A stretch of 62,363 bases of DNA, the filler included, from Bipalium vagum (lineage: Eukaryota): the NCBI GenBank assembly GCA_037834085.1. It is 3 parts of 3 records of this genome, joined end to end, with 100 filler letters (N's around TTAATTAATTAA, not from the genome) between each part and the next. Parts side by side here need not be neighbours in the genome. Positions count along the whole stretch, not along the records: positions 23,676 to 45,645 come from JBBMKC010228534.1; positions 45,746 to 62,363 come from JBBMKC010102525.1; 1 more part is not named here. One strand, given 5' to 3'. The position numbers and the translations under genes were made by a program. The notes below the pieces were generated by a model. That model ran no database searches. It was not told the origin of the DNA and was given only the letters and a program-made list of their open reading frames with translations. Below, piece after piece: positions 41,001-52,149 of the stretch. How positions within the stretch are numbered: the stretch's first letter is position 1; every line of letters starts with the position of its first letter.

Positions 41001-43157
41001 TTACCGTTTTCCTTTGCTTGTATTTTTGATATAATTATATGAATTATCAAAAGAAAAAAGATGTTGAGAAACACTTTGAAACCTGAACAAAAAATATTGT
41101 TAATAACTAATAAAATTAAGTTTTAAGGATTTTAAGGATTATTTCGTGTTTTTTTTATTATTATGTTTATATTCATATATTATTATTAAATAGAATTTGA
41201 ATGTTGTGGAATGAATTAGCATTAGAAAATTAATTATTGAAGAAAATGATAATGTTCCTCTCTAAATATTCTCAAATTTTCTCAAACAAAAATGGTTATA
41301 TTCGAAGGATTGATTTCAAAATGAAATCAAACCATGGATTAGTTATCTTAGTAGCTAATAGATGAATTTAGAATGCAGAAAATAGCTATTTTTTCAATGC
41401 AGACATACTATCAAGTTAGAAATATGAAACATTTGTGTAATAATTACAATTTAATTATTTTTAATGTTATCAAACGCAGCTCGAAGAGCCGAAAGTTGAG
41501 AAAATTAGGACTAAGAAATTATTCGGACTACCACATTTTCAGTTCAAAATCAAATGAAGACAATGATTTCATTCAATGGATATCAAGAAGTGCTTGGACA
41601 ATTTCTTTCAGGAAAACCTCAAAGAAATTATTATTAAACTGAAATAATGACCTTATCATAACGTTGGTAATAAGAGGTGTACACCAATGTCTTTGAAGAA
41701 TAAAAATAATATTTGGTTACAAAAACAGTTGTTTAACTTTTTTAAAAATCAAAATAAGGAAAATTGACATTTGAAGATATCGTTTGATCAGTTTATATCA
41801 TGTTAATACAATCTGGAACTGATAAAATGGCATACTATATGAAAGATAACTATCACTCAGTTGCAAATTTGAAAAAAGGGGACATGAAATCATCAGAACA
41901 TATGAAGCCTATCAAAGAGACAAAGTAGTTACATCAAAATCTAATGAGAAAATCAAAAAGACAGAACCATCAGATAGCTTGTAATATATACGTAGATATC
42001 CGTGGACCGGGTGAAGAAACCACTATTATTACAATACTGATAGCTAAATTGAGAGGCAATTCAGACCTATAGGCGATTGGATGATTTCTACCGTAAATGA
42101 AAGATGACAAAATGACGGCGCCGAGATTCTTCTAGAGGTAGAATTTGTGCAAGATCGGATACTTCAAAAGACAATTGGATTGAGTTACACAGAAATTGTA
42201 TTCAGGATAAAACTAATACTAAAATTTGAAAAGTAATAACTACTTAAAATTTCATGAAAGCATTTTGTTTCAAATTTTTTGTATTTAGTATTATAGAAAT
42301 TAATTTAATGTATAATAAAATTTGATAACTTTAAAAAATTAATAAGAATAAAATTTAAAGATAATTTATGACATTTAAATTCCATTGTTTGATAAATTTG
42401 TTTGAATATTATGGTTATTGCTGAATGTTAATAAATTATTGAAAGAAATATTTCTTATGGATTACAAAGCAATAGATGTTAATAAACAATATTACCAAGT
42501 TCAGATACATAATGAAGCTACAGCAATACACAGATTTCAACTTTTTTATATTCTAAAGCCATTAAATTTATTTATTAGATAAAGTAACCTACGATACAAA
42601 TAATTCAGGCAGAACAAGTCACGCCTATAAATTTCAACAGGCAAAATATTCGTAATCTTAAAACAATCAACATAAATTTCTGCATTCTGTCTTTATTTAT
42701 CAAAAAACTTATTTTCCATTTGATCGTTAGACTTCGAATACTTCTTAATTACCCTTCAATGATGCTTCTAAATCTACAGATTGGCGATTACATTAATTAA
42801 ATTCATTGAGTATAAGATTCATTATCTCTTCAAATTTTATTGTCAAATGTTGTCTGGATTATTAAGGAAAATTGATATCTATATATTCCTAAAATTGCAC
42901 TAGTACTTAATGTCAATATTTCATAAAACTCGTAAGTCACGACTGTCAAAGGACTCTGATAAATAGTTTCATCGGCTTAAAAATAGATTTTTTTACTTGT
43001 TAATTAAATTGGTACATTTCATCCATCTGCTTTTAGATTATTTCAAAAATGTTAGGAATCGAACTTAGCCAGATTTTATTTTGTTCATTAATAAAAATGT
43101 TTTCTATAATTAAATGTTTTTAATTTATTCGAAATTTATTTATATTTGTTCATAAAC

Positions 43158-43197
<40 letters not shown>

Positions 43198-43396
43198 ATT
43201 ATTATTATTATTATTATTTATTATTATTATTATTAATATTTATTGATATTAATGTTATTATCTTCACAAAAGAATTGTAAATATTAATCAGAGTAACAAA
43301 TTTATTTGAACATCTTAGAGTCTTAACAATTTGATATACCTTTTATAAATGTTAATCTTAATTCATACCCGAGTAGCGGAATATATTAAATTTCAT
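26077..43396 (-). CDS. Prohormone-4 / IDLSRF-like secreted LDL-receptor class A domain protein; complement(join(26077-26285,28134-28247,38580-38726,41005-41082,43369-43396)), 191 aa
   Basis: All introns are phase 1, GT-AG. Product: MKFNIFRYSGFKVFLNIFFLLIIHIIISKIQA (signal peptide) KENGIKR NPGNV CPESRPWPCKSGLCLSFDFICDEEYDCPDKYDEDPALC (LDLa) IAKNRPPV…PKLFG…LVESLTIEDY…FLKSGFLGKVEIY*. This matches the prohormone-4 pattern LDLa-RPPV…KLFG…ESxTIED…GFL. Exon 1 is tentative. Confidence 0.85.
29100..29920 (-). mobile_element. Decayed Tc1/IS630-like transposase in a prohormone-4 intron
   Basis: PNSKGRNFSLLCAIS…DLKIGAYNS…VIVIDNASIY fragments. Confidence 0.5.
31262..31555 (-). mobile_element. Short mariner C-terminal remnant
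   Basis: …RMQKCIHLKGEYFEKQ, the typical mariner transposase end. Confidence 0.55.
33762..35162 (-). mobile_element. Decayed Tc1-like element (~1.4 kb)
   Basis: Imperfect TIRs GCTAAAATTACTCATCCCCCA / GCCAAATTAACTCATCTCTCA; transposase pieces GVMVWDII, STYSQNLSSMEHV*DTICRQL…LQQMWHNITQEEV. Confidence 0.7.
35500..36440 (+). mobile_element. Ty3/Gypsy-type gag-protease fragment
   Basis: Purine-rich island containing the retropepsin-like motif CLLDTEAGVSVISRKFLNKL (~35923-35985). Confidence 0.6.
39096..40310 (-). mobile_element. maT/DD37D-type (Bmmar1-like) Tc1/mariner element with near-complete pseudogenised transposase (ATG 40102, stop 39096)
   Basis: HTH VPQSTVSRAIKRFVELGS…GRGRK; LFTDEKIFTVE; VLVWDGITGSGKTPLVFV…GVKMNA; LQQD; SPDLNPMNYSIWGIME; FPKRLKACLKAKG; terminal TA-CACGGTGG at 40310. 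A 51-bp-period tandem duplication lies at 40166-40264. Confidence 0.9.
40600..40780 (-). mobile_element. Mariner C-terminal remnant
   Basis: KDVFEKFFIS*K*DFYHTGIYKLPSCWRQFMKFNGKFF. Confidence 0.6.
41380..42230 (+). mobile_element. Decayed Gypsy-like pol (RNase H end and integrase) remnant
   Basis: SRKLRKLGLRNYSDYHIF…NEDNDFIQWISRS resembles the RNase H C-terminus; later QSGTDKMAYYMKDNY and YVDIRGP resemble integrase Zn-finger and core start. Confidence 0.4.
43159..43240. repeat. (TTA)n microsatellite
   Basis: About 25 mostly perfect TTA units. Confidence 0.9.
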
Positions 43397-43989
43397 GAAG
43401 ACTTTTGAATATATTTAGTTATTTTCTACTAAAATAATAATATCAGAAAGACTAAAAATATATTGTCAATATGCTATTCTTATATGGTACATAACATAGT
43501 CTTAGTTCAATAAACCCAAATATTAATTTCTAAAATTTTGAAGCAAAGTATTGAAATCTTATAAAAGATTGATAGACTGAAGTATTGTTATCAAATTATT
43601 TACTAAGATTCTTGTAGACTAGACAATTATTTCCTTTTGTCACTGATAATTTTAAGGCACCATTAGGATGGACCGTCATATTGTATAGTATAATTATACT
43701 TCTTCTGATTATCATACAATCCTAATAGAACTATCTGTAACTATCACTGACAAAAATAAAGGAATTTTTTCTTACAACACATTGGCAATGATATGAAAGG
43801 AGTTTGGTTACATATATTCCATAATAAATAAACTATATAAATAATATTATTAATAATACTAAATTTTGAAATGTTTTATAAAACGAATATTCATGAAATA
43901 ATTTCAACAGTACTGTTATATAAAATATATCTATATATTATTTTTAGATTTAATGTGGTCTAGCTTTTAAATATATATAATCATTTCAT

Positions 43990-44240
43990 ATCTTAAAAGT
44001 ATCTTAGAGTTGAAAACGTGAAATTTGTTGAAAAATTATATAAGCCGGAAAATGTTCCTGAAGCCGGGCCAGTTGAAGATTTTTGAGTAGATTTGAAGCG
44101 AACTGTATATAATTAGAATTGGAGAGCCCAAAATTCTCAGAAACTTAAACAAAGAATATCTTATTGTTTAAAAAATGGATTTGAAGAATAGACAAGACAG
44201 AGATTCACCAAGACTGGACTATTTAGCCAGGTTTTAGGTC
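43990..44240 (+). mobile_element. Tc1/mariner-superfamily transposase 3' fragment
   Basis: PENVPEAGPVEDF*VDLKRTVYN*NWRAQNSQKLKQRISYCLK (cf. NPPNxPxxRPIEDFWxxLKRxVY). Confidence 0.6.
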
Positions 44241-45645
44241 AACAAAATATTTTAAAATTTTTGTATAAACAAGGCATTTATGATGACTTCAAATCTTTTT
44301 ACCCTTTTCTAATATCTTTGTCCATTTATTATTTATTAAACTTGAAAAATAGTCCGGTTTTTTATTTTTATGGTGTTATTATAAAAATATTGTGATAAAG
44401 CCATTAAATTCTTCCGTTTTAACCTTGAACCCAAAAGTTAGGAAGCATTCTTCGATAAATTGAGGTCACAAGAAATCTTGGTCACCTAATTTGATTCAAA
44501 AGTATACTGCCTATTGGATTTTGATATTTTTGTTTAGTTTTCTGCTTAGCTTAGCAGTAATAAAACGCCCGCATATATCAAACTTTATTTTGAGTCTTTC
44601 AAGAATGTACGTGAACCTGAAGCAAGTTTAATGAAAAATATCTTAAATAAATATTTATCAAGTTCTTGCACTCTTATTATTTTTATATTTTTCTTCAAAA
44701 ACTAATAATTAATAATAATTGAATTTCGCCTCAATTTTTATAATATAATTAAAATACATAAACAAGCATATATTTTGATGAATATTAATAATGTTATTAT
44801 AATAAATAAATAATTATATCTTATTAAATACTTATAATAACAAAAATGATATATAATTGTCAAAAATAGTTTTAGGACTTTTTCAAAAAACCTGGTGTGA
44901 TGAAAAAAGAATAGATAAGGAATCCCATTATCAAATTACATATAATCAAACTGTTCTCATCTCCATATCAATAATCGTCGCTGACCAGTGTCATTATTGA
45001 AAGGCTAGATATGAAAGATAACATTTAAATGAGTTAAATCAAAATTACACACCTTTATGCAGATCTGAAAGGAATGGTAAGACAAGTGCTTTAGGGTTTA
45101 TTATTTAATTTAAATGTATTAACATATAACATTAATTTTCAAAATATAAATAAATAAAAATTATTTAGAAAAAACAGAAATTTTACTAAAATCATTTTTC
45201 GAAGACAACACTAACATCTTTGTCTTAGATGTTTATTAAAACTTCAAAAGTAATATTAATGAATTTTTATCTTCGTTTTTCTAGAAATTTTACAATTCTT
45301 GTTTTTTATAAAAGACAGAATAATTATTATTTTAATCATTAGTGTGAAAATCATTTTTTGAGACTACCATCACATCATATATAAAAAATAAGAATTTTTA
45401 TTATACTAGAAAATTATTTTAATAAGATACCTGTTTAATTCTTATTTAAAATGACCTAAGTAAAATTTTCCAATTTAGATTGCCTAATATTTTGGAGAAG
45501 ATTTGTAAAACTGAGGAAGCTTTATCATCAACATGTATTAAGAATAATAATAATAATATTGTGATCAACAATGATTGTTTTTGAAGAATGAAGTATCTGA
45601 GCAAGTTGCCGTACTGTTATATGACGATCCTCATCAATGTGGACT

Positions 45646-45745
45646 NNNNNNNNNNNNNNNNNNNNNNNNNNNNNNNNNNNNNNNNNNNNTTAATTAATTA
45701 ANNNNNNNNNNNNNNNNNNNNNNNNNNNNNNNNNNNNNNNNNNNN
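45646..45745. other. Assembly spacer: N44-TTAATTAATTAA-N44
   Basis: Same linker as at 23576; 12-mer at 45690-45701. Confidence 0.95.
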
Positions 45746-46249
45746 AGCGTATATATTCTATACGATGTGTCCATAATAGCTATAGGCCGCCAAGAGGACA
45801 CCAAGTGGGATTCCGAATCTTTTCTCTGTTTAAGGATCAGTTTAGTCCTGAAGGACTTCCACTGATCGGGAATTTTTCGGAACTATTTTTTATTAATGGA
45901 AAACCATTAGAATGAACAGAAGTACGCGGTAGCTTTTACCAAAGGCAATCGTTCTTCAGTTGAAAATTCTAAATTTGGAACTGATTTAATATTTCTACGT
46001 TATAATAATTCTCAAAAGTTTAAAACACATTCACATTTTTACTATAATTCAGAAAAAAATATTCAACAATTTTTCCAAAAAAAGTGATAATTATGCATTT
46101 CAATTTAAGTCCACAAATATTAAAATTTATGAACTCATGATTTTTAAAAGAATTTTATTAAAAAGTCAAATGGACGAAGTTGACGTTTTTATGAAAAGAT
46201 TTTATCCAAATCTAAAATATGATGTAGAATTTTCAAATATTTTTTAAAA

Positions 46250-46810
46250 ATGGAAATTGAAAAAATTGAAAAACCAACTGCTCCTATTTACCCTAATTTA
46301 CAAAATAAGTTCATCTGTTAAGATGATGAAGGATTTTCTAATCAAACGAAGTTCATGGAGGATCTTCAATCCTCTAATCCATTAATTAATCCAGCGGAGC
46401 TTTATGATAATCCTATTATCATGCAATTGGAAAAAATAAAAATAGAAACTTTTATGAATGAGAAAAAATTATTAGAAAATTTATTACAACATTAAAAAAA
46501 ATTTTAATTTAAATATACTAAAATAGATTCATTTTAAAGATATGAATGTATTTGTATTGGAGATGTTTTAGGAATTGGATCAACGATTATGACTGCTGTA
46601 CCAACAATTGGAACTAGTTTATTAATATATATTCCTCTTTGAACTAGAATTTTAGGATCTGCAGAGTTATTTATTGGAGAAACAATTAGTAGAGGAATTA
46701 CTTCTAAACGAAAAAGAATTTGCAGAGAAATTTGTGCATCAATAGAAAATTCAATTTATAAAGTTTATTTATTTCAGATGAAAGCTTTAGATTAGAAGAT
46801 TAAAATAATT
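46250..46810 (+). pseudogene. Polinton membrane-associated protein (adintovirus 'GasderminX'-like), copy 1, decayed
   Basis: MEIEKIEKPTAPIYPNLQ…GIGSTIMTAVPTIGTSLLIY…LFIGETISRGITSKRKRICREIC…YLFQMKAL; colinear with the ORF at 60875-61288. Confidence 0.6.
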
Positions 46811-47204
46811 CATTTAAAGTAGGTATAAAATACATGTTTTATTTTTAAAAAAATGGATGCGAATGAAAATTTTAATAATCTTAAAAAACAAATTGAACAA
46901 TTAAAAAACTAGCTACAGTAAAAAATAAATTTGAAACTAATAAATTAGATCAATGGAAAGAAGAAAGAGGATTAACAATTGATTTAGATAAATTTTATAA
47001 ACTTGTTGTAGATAATGCAACAAAATTAAATGAAACTTAAAAAATTAGATGAAATCAAAACTAATCAAACGACAAATGTTGCAAAGATAAAAGATGAAGA
47101 TAATATTTTTACACCAAAAGATTTTGAAGTTACTGATGTATATAAAATTGTTGAAGAGAAATTTATTTAAGGCTTAAGAAATATTTAATATTATTTTAAT
47201 TTAT

Positions 47205-49035
47205 TAAGAAATATTTAACGCTTTTTCATTTTCTAACATTTTTTCATTTAATGAATTTCCTGGTAATCTTTCAAAAATTTCTTTAAAAATATTTGATTCG
47301 AATTTTTGTCTTAATGCTGCAACTCTTCCTCCTTTTACAGATTTTCTTTTAAACTTTCTAATAAATGGATTAGTATGAGAATAAATTTTTGTAGATTCTG
47401 ATAAGGATAAAATTTGTAAAGATTTATACCAAGCTTTTCTTGTTAAACCTGGTGCGGTAAAACAACATCTCGTATCTAATCCAAATGAATTTTAAAAATA
47501 GAATTAAATTTATAAACAAGAATTGCTAAAGATAGAACATCATTATTAAATATGGAAGCCATTCATTTTTTCTTTCTTCATAATTATTTAAATCTACCGA
47601 TGTTATTTCAAAATCTTGTCTTTTAAATTCTGGGGGTAAATAAAATGATTCACACCAATTCTTTAAAGATGATTTTAGAAATTGATAAGAACATCTGAAA
47701 TGAATTTTAAATTTTATTATTTCCACAACTTCCTCTTTAAACCTTTTTCTGTTAAAATTTTTTCTCAACTTTTTTAAAAGGGATTATTAAACTAATTATT
47801 TCTGAACTTGTTTTTAAGAATGGTTTATTTAATATTCTTAAGTTATTTGCTAAGACTAAATAATTATCAAATCCTGAATCATTGTGTGCAATTAATAAAA
47901 TATCATTTTTTGGTGTCGGTTCTCCTTTTTTATATTTTTTAACACATGACATATTTAAAATATTTTCTATCATTTCCTCTATACAATTTTTCCAATAAAA
48001 TATTTTATTTGATCTTTTACTCGATTTTCCAAATATGAAATATTTAAACATTCACCTGGTCCTTTGTAATTAATTCTTTATTTAATTTTAATAATTTTTC
48101 TACATTCGTAAAAGCGCAACCATAAGGTACTTGTTTTCCATTTTCAATTGTTGCTGTTTCCAAATCCCATACATAAACCTTGTGTGGTTCAAAATTTTCA
48201 TGAACGAAATTTTTAAATTCTGATATTTGTTTTATATCTTCTTCTTCACATGTTTTCCAAGATAATTTGTAATTTTCTTCAATTTCTTGAATAGATTCAT
48301 TTATATTTTATCTATTGACTAAACAGTAGTGTTTTTTATAATTATAAAAACAATATTTGAAAATTGATTTTGAGAATTTCTTACATAAATATGTCTATCT
48401 TTTTTTGAATAATATTGAATATTTGTTTGAAAACATTTTTTAAATTCTGAAATTCTTGCATTTGTCATTATTCCTCTTCTCTCTTTATAGTGATTTAAAA
48501 ATTTAATAAATAATTGTGTAATATCTTCGTCTCAAATTTTATTATTTTAAAGACAATAGCATTTTTAAAAACATAAATTGTCACTCGGTATAAAACAATA
48601 TTTTCCAAAATACTCATTGACTTTTTTAATATATCATTTGAACCCATTACAGATTCGAATTGAATAACATTCCTAAATCTGGTATCCAACTTGCGATTCC
48701 TTTAAATTCCAATTCTTCCATATCTAAATTTTCTTGACTTGAATTTAAGAAACCATTAACCATTTGTTTATTATAATAATTTTTAATATCTTCTCCATTC
48801 TTTTTATCAATAAAATCATTAATTCTAAGAGTACCAATAAAATCATTTTCAAAGACTTAGAAATATAAATTAGATTTTAGTTAAAACATTAAAAAATGAA
48901 ATAAGATTTTTATAAACATGATCATTATTTGAATTTATTCTTTCTGTTGATCTAAGTGAATTATTTAATAAATCAATAGTTTCATCAATTGAAACATTTA
49001 ATAAATTCGAATCACTTAATCATTCTCGAATTCAT
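47205..49035 (-). pseudogene. Protein-primed family B DNA polymerase, N-terminal and exonuclease part (polymerase palm missing)
   Basis: ExoI VYVWDLETA, ExoII LIAHNDSGFDNYLVL, FRCSYQFLKSSLKNWCESF, ExoIII YL..NDVLSL, CFTAPGL, pre-motif SVKGGRV; frameshifted; ends before the DxxSLYP motif. Confidence 0.85.
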
Positions 49036-49089
49036 TTTTTTAAAGAAAATTTAACTTTTTTAAAATTTTTAATTTTTAATTTATTTTAT

Positions 49090-51281
49090 TTTGTATCTTC
49101 TTCCATATGATGGAGATATAATTACTCTTGTCCTTGGAATTGCTGAGCAACTTGAGCTTTTTGTTGACGAAGATTTTGGAGTCTCCACATTTCTCCCACG
49201 GTTTCGAGACTTTTGTCCCCAAAAGAAGGTTGAGGCATGTGAAGAATTACGTGTTCACCATTGGGAGTGCGGGCAATAACGCTTCTATTTCGAATGACTT
49301 TCTTTGAAGAGATAGTATAGAGGTAGGAATTGTCAAGTTGTGGGGTCTGTGTTTCCTTTTTATTTTTTACCTTTAAATTTAGTTAATGGGGCATCAACAT
49401 CTAATATGTTGGTGATTGGTAGTGGTCGAAATGCATATGTAGTGTTTGCAACTTCAATGTTTATGTTTTCTGTGTGTGTTTCTGTAGGAAAAAACAATTT
49501 CTTAGCCCGTCGAACCAAACTCGGAAAACGCATGCGTTTCCGATTTTTCTTTGGTTTAGGCGTTGCTATGGGACTTGGTATATTATCTGGGAGTGAGATT
49601 GAATCAAGAGGAATTTTTTATGCTTGTCGTAAGGGTGGAGGTGGTGCTGGTAGATCAAATGGTCCATTTTCATTATCATCTATCGTCAAAATACAACCTT
49701 CGTATTCTGATGCGTCAAAAGAGATATTGGATGCCATTGATACAAGATTATGGTCTATAGCTGGGATATCACTGGTTGCTTTGATAGTATGTGGACACTG
49801 TGTTTGGTACTCTTTAACAATTTCTGTATCAGCCAATGGACTTCCTGTTGCTATTTTGTCATCAAATATTCTTTCTACTACAATTACAAAAAGGACAGTA
49901 GGATGGAGGTGGAGGAGGTGGATTTTCAATTTTTTCATTGATTCGGTTATCCTCAGCTATTGCGTTAGTGGTTTGCAATTCTCTTAGGGTATTTCATTCT
50001 ATTTTAAACCAAATTTCCCGGACGTAATGCGTGTTTTTATAGCATTGCAAGTCTCTTCAAACTGGACCTCTTTTGGTTGTAGATGCTAATTCTGGGACTT
50101 GTAGTTTGGTTGCGGTATTTGTAATTTTAGGATGCCCTTAGGTGATATCTTCATCATATTGCGTAAATATGGTAACATTTGAATGTCGATGTATCCTGCT
50201 AGAGTTTGAGTGGGTACTCTGCCTAGGGTTAATATATATTCCACCGGATTGGCTATTAGTACTTTTTCATTAAGGGCTTCTTTTAGGTATTCATATACAA
50301 GTGGTTCGTCAAGGCTGCTGATAAAGGCCTTGTCGACAATGCCTGTTTTTTGGTAGTTCATCTTAAAATACGCTCGTGGTGCTACTATGTGTCTTACAAT
50401 ATCTTGGCCACTGTAATCCATAACATGCATTGCTAATAAGACATGTTTGGATTGGTCAGTACCTAGTTTGTATGTAGTGAGGTTAGCGAAAACTACGTGG
50501 GATTGTATATCTTAAACTTATTTCTTAAACTTAGTATGGCTCTCTTGCTCTTAGAGCTTTAAATATTGAATCTTCATCATGCTGTAATTTGGATATCTTC
50601 TATGACTAAGACGGTATTCTGTTTCAGTGTTTCGAAACACAGGGACCGTGCTAAGCCAAGTAGATTGTTGCATTTTATTGTGTAGTACATATCTAATGTG
50701 ACTGGTTCAGCTATTCTTCATAATCGCAGGATAATGGAGTTAATGCACACATGCATGTGTATAGTCTCTCTTTCATATAATTGCTTAAAATGGGAAATAA
50801 CGTCTGCTAGGTAAAAGTATTTAGGGTGTAATATTTAGTGTATATACATGATTCTGCAACCTGTAGAGGAAAATTTGCAAGAGTTGGGAATATGTGTGTG
50901 TTCGAAACTAACACTGTTTACTTCTATGATGCCGGTTTGATATTTTAAATAGGCTAAGCATTCCTGGTAGGGGGTTTTATTAAATTTCTCAAATTGGATG
51001 ATGGCATCGGGTTTTGCTTCAGGGAAATATTTACTTAGTGGTATGTTAAGGGTTTTCTGCGCTGATGAGTATGAATTACTGGTTTGAGATTTGGAAGTGG
51101 AGTAGAAATTGCATTGTCGGGAAACAGTGAAACCAAGTTGTGTAGATTGCGACTTTTTGGACATGATTTGGCCTGAAATTAAGTAAAAACTAAGCACCAT
51201 TATAACATTTAAGATGAATAGATGTGTTTTACAGAATAAAAGAAAACATAATAATGAAATATCATTATTTGCTTCGCTCAT
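49090..51281 (-). pseudogene. Accessory ORF B (~700 codons, frameshifted): hydrophobic N-terminus, Pro-rich and basic C-terminal half
   Basis: ORF pieces 50835-51281, 50086-50430 and 49618-49938 are colinear; LFILNVIMVLSFYLISG leader; ENPPPPPPSY; PAPPPPLR; PKPKKNRKRMR. Confidence 0.5.
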
Positions 51282-51287
51282 TAATTG

Positions 51288-51950
51288 TCATAATTCTGTC
51301 ATTTCATACATTACAGGTTCTATTTTTTCAATAGTAGTACACAACTTTTTCTTAGCTATAAATTTTACCAAATAAAATCCAAAAAGGAATAGACTAATCA
51401 GGGAAATGAAACAGAAAATCACTATTAGTACCAAAAAGAATGGTTAGATAGGGGAATTCAAATCAAGAAAGATATCACGCATTATTTTATCATAATAGTT
51501 TTCTCTATTATTATTGTTAATGCTTTCAATAAAGAGATGATTCGTGGTAGCCTTTTAGAATCGTATTGAAATGCTCTGAGGATATTTTATTGATTATATT
51601 AGAATTATTTATTATTAATGGTAGGAAAAACGTATCTATTAACCACCAATTTAGTCGGTAATATATGTATTGTTCAAATTCTATCATGTGTCTACCATCT
51701 GCTAAATTATTTAAAACTATACTGGTATTGTTTTTAAATAATGCTCCGTATGATTTTTTGTGAGTATAAGGTTAATATATGGTTCAGATTATTTTCTCTA
51801 GATGGTGTACTACATATCTCTATATCCTGTTTTCCATAGAAGTTAAAAGAGGTAACTTTAAATTGTGAAATTTGACTTTATGTCTGATGAAACAGTATTG
51901 TAATCATGTATTGTAATATTGATAGGGTATTGTTGAGTTTTGTCAAGATA
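51288..51950 (-). pseudogene. Accessory ORF A: type-I membrane (env-like) protein remnant
   Basis: Ectodomain pieces with N-x-S/T sequons (NNT, NNS), then …DLNSPI*PFFLVLIVIFCFISLISLFLFGFYLV KFIAKKK LCTTIEKIEPVMYEMTEL*. Confidence 0.5.
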
Positions 51951-52149
51951 ACGTAATAGGATAGTTTAGGAGTTTGGTTTTAGGTGTGTAAAGGATATCT
52001 GTGAATCTTTTGTCAGAACCGAAACGCTAATATCAGTGGATGTTTTTAATTCAACTAGAATGGCAATGGTACGTAAGGGTGTAATGATGGCGGTATTGGT
52101 GTGAAACGCTATCAACTTAAAAGTTTTTACTTGTATACAACATAGGATT

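Larger units (their letters stand above)
45746..49070. mobile_element. Maverick/Polinton (adintovirus-like) fragment A
   Basis: Dense intronless decayed ORFs: pPolB on -, and three ORFs on +, two of which are paralogous to ORFs beside the Polinton integrase at 60.3-62.4 kb. Confidence 0.8.

Noticed and set aside
44860-45100. Integrase-like fragment (FQKTWCDEKRI…SPYQ…IERL)
   Set aside because: Too short and frameshifted to assign
49340-49987. 215-aa + strand ORF, the longest in the track
   Set aside because: Antisense shadow of the Pro-rich accessory ORF B (GGGG and WRWRRW mirror CCN runs); no motif
50520-50560. Furin-like site SKSKR/AIL in ORF B
   Set aside because: The frame is ambiguous; the neighbouring frame (DEDSIFKALRAREPY) is equally plausible
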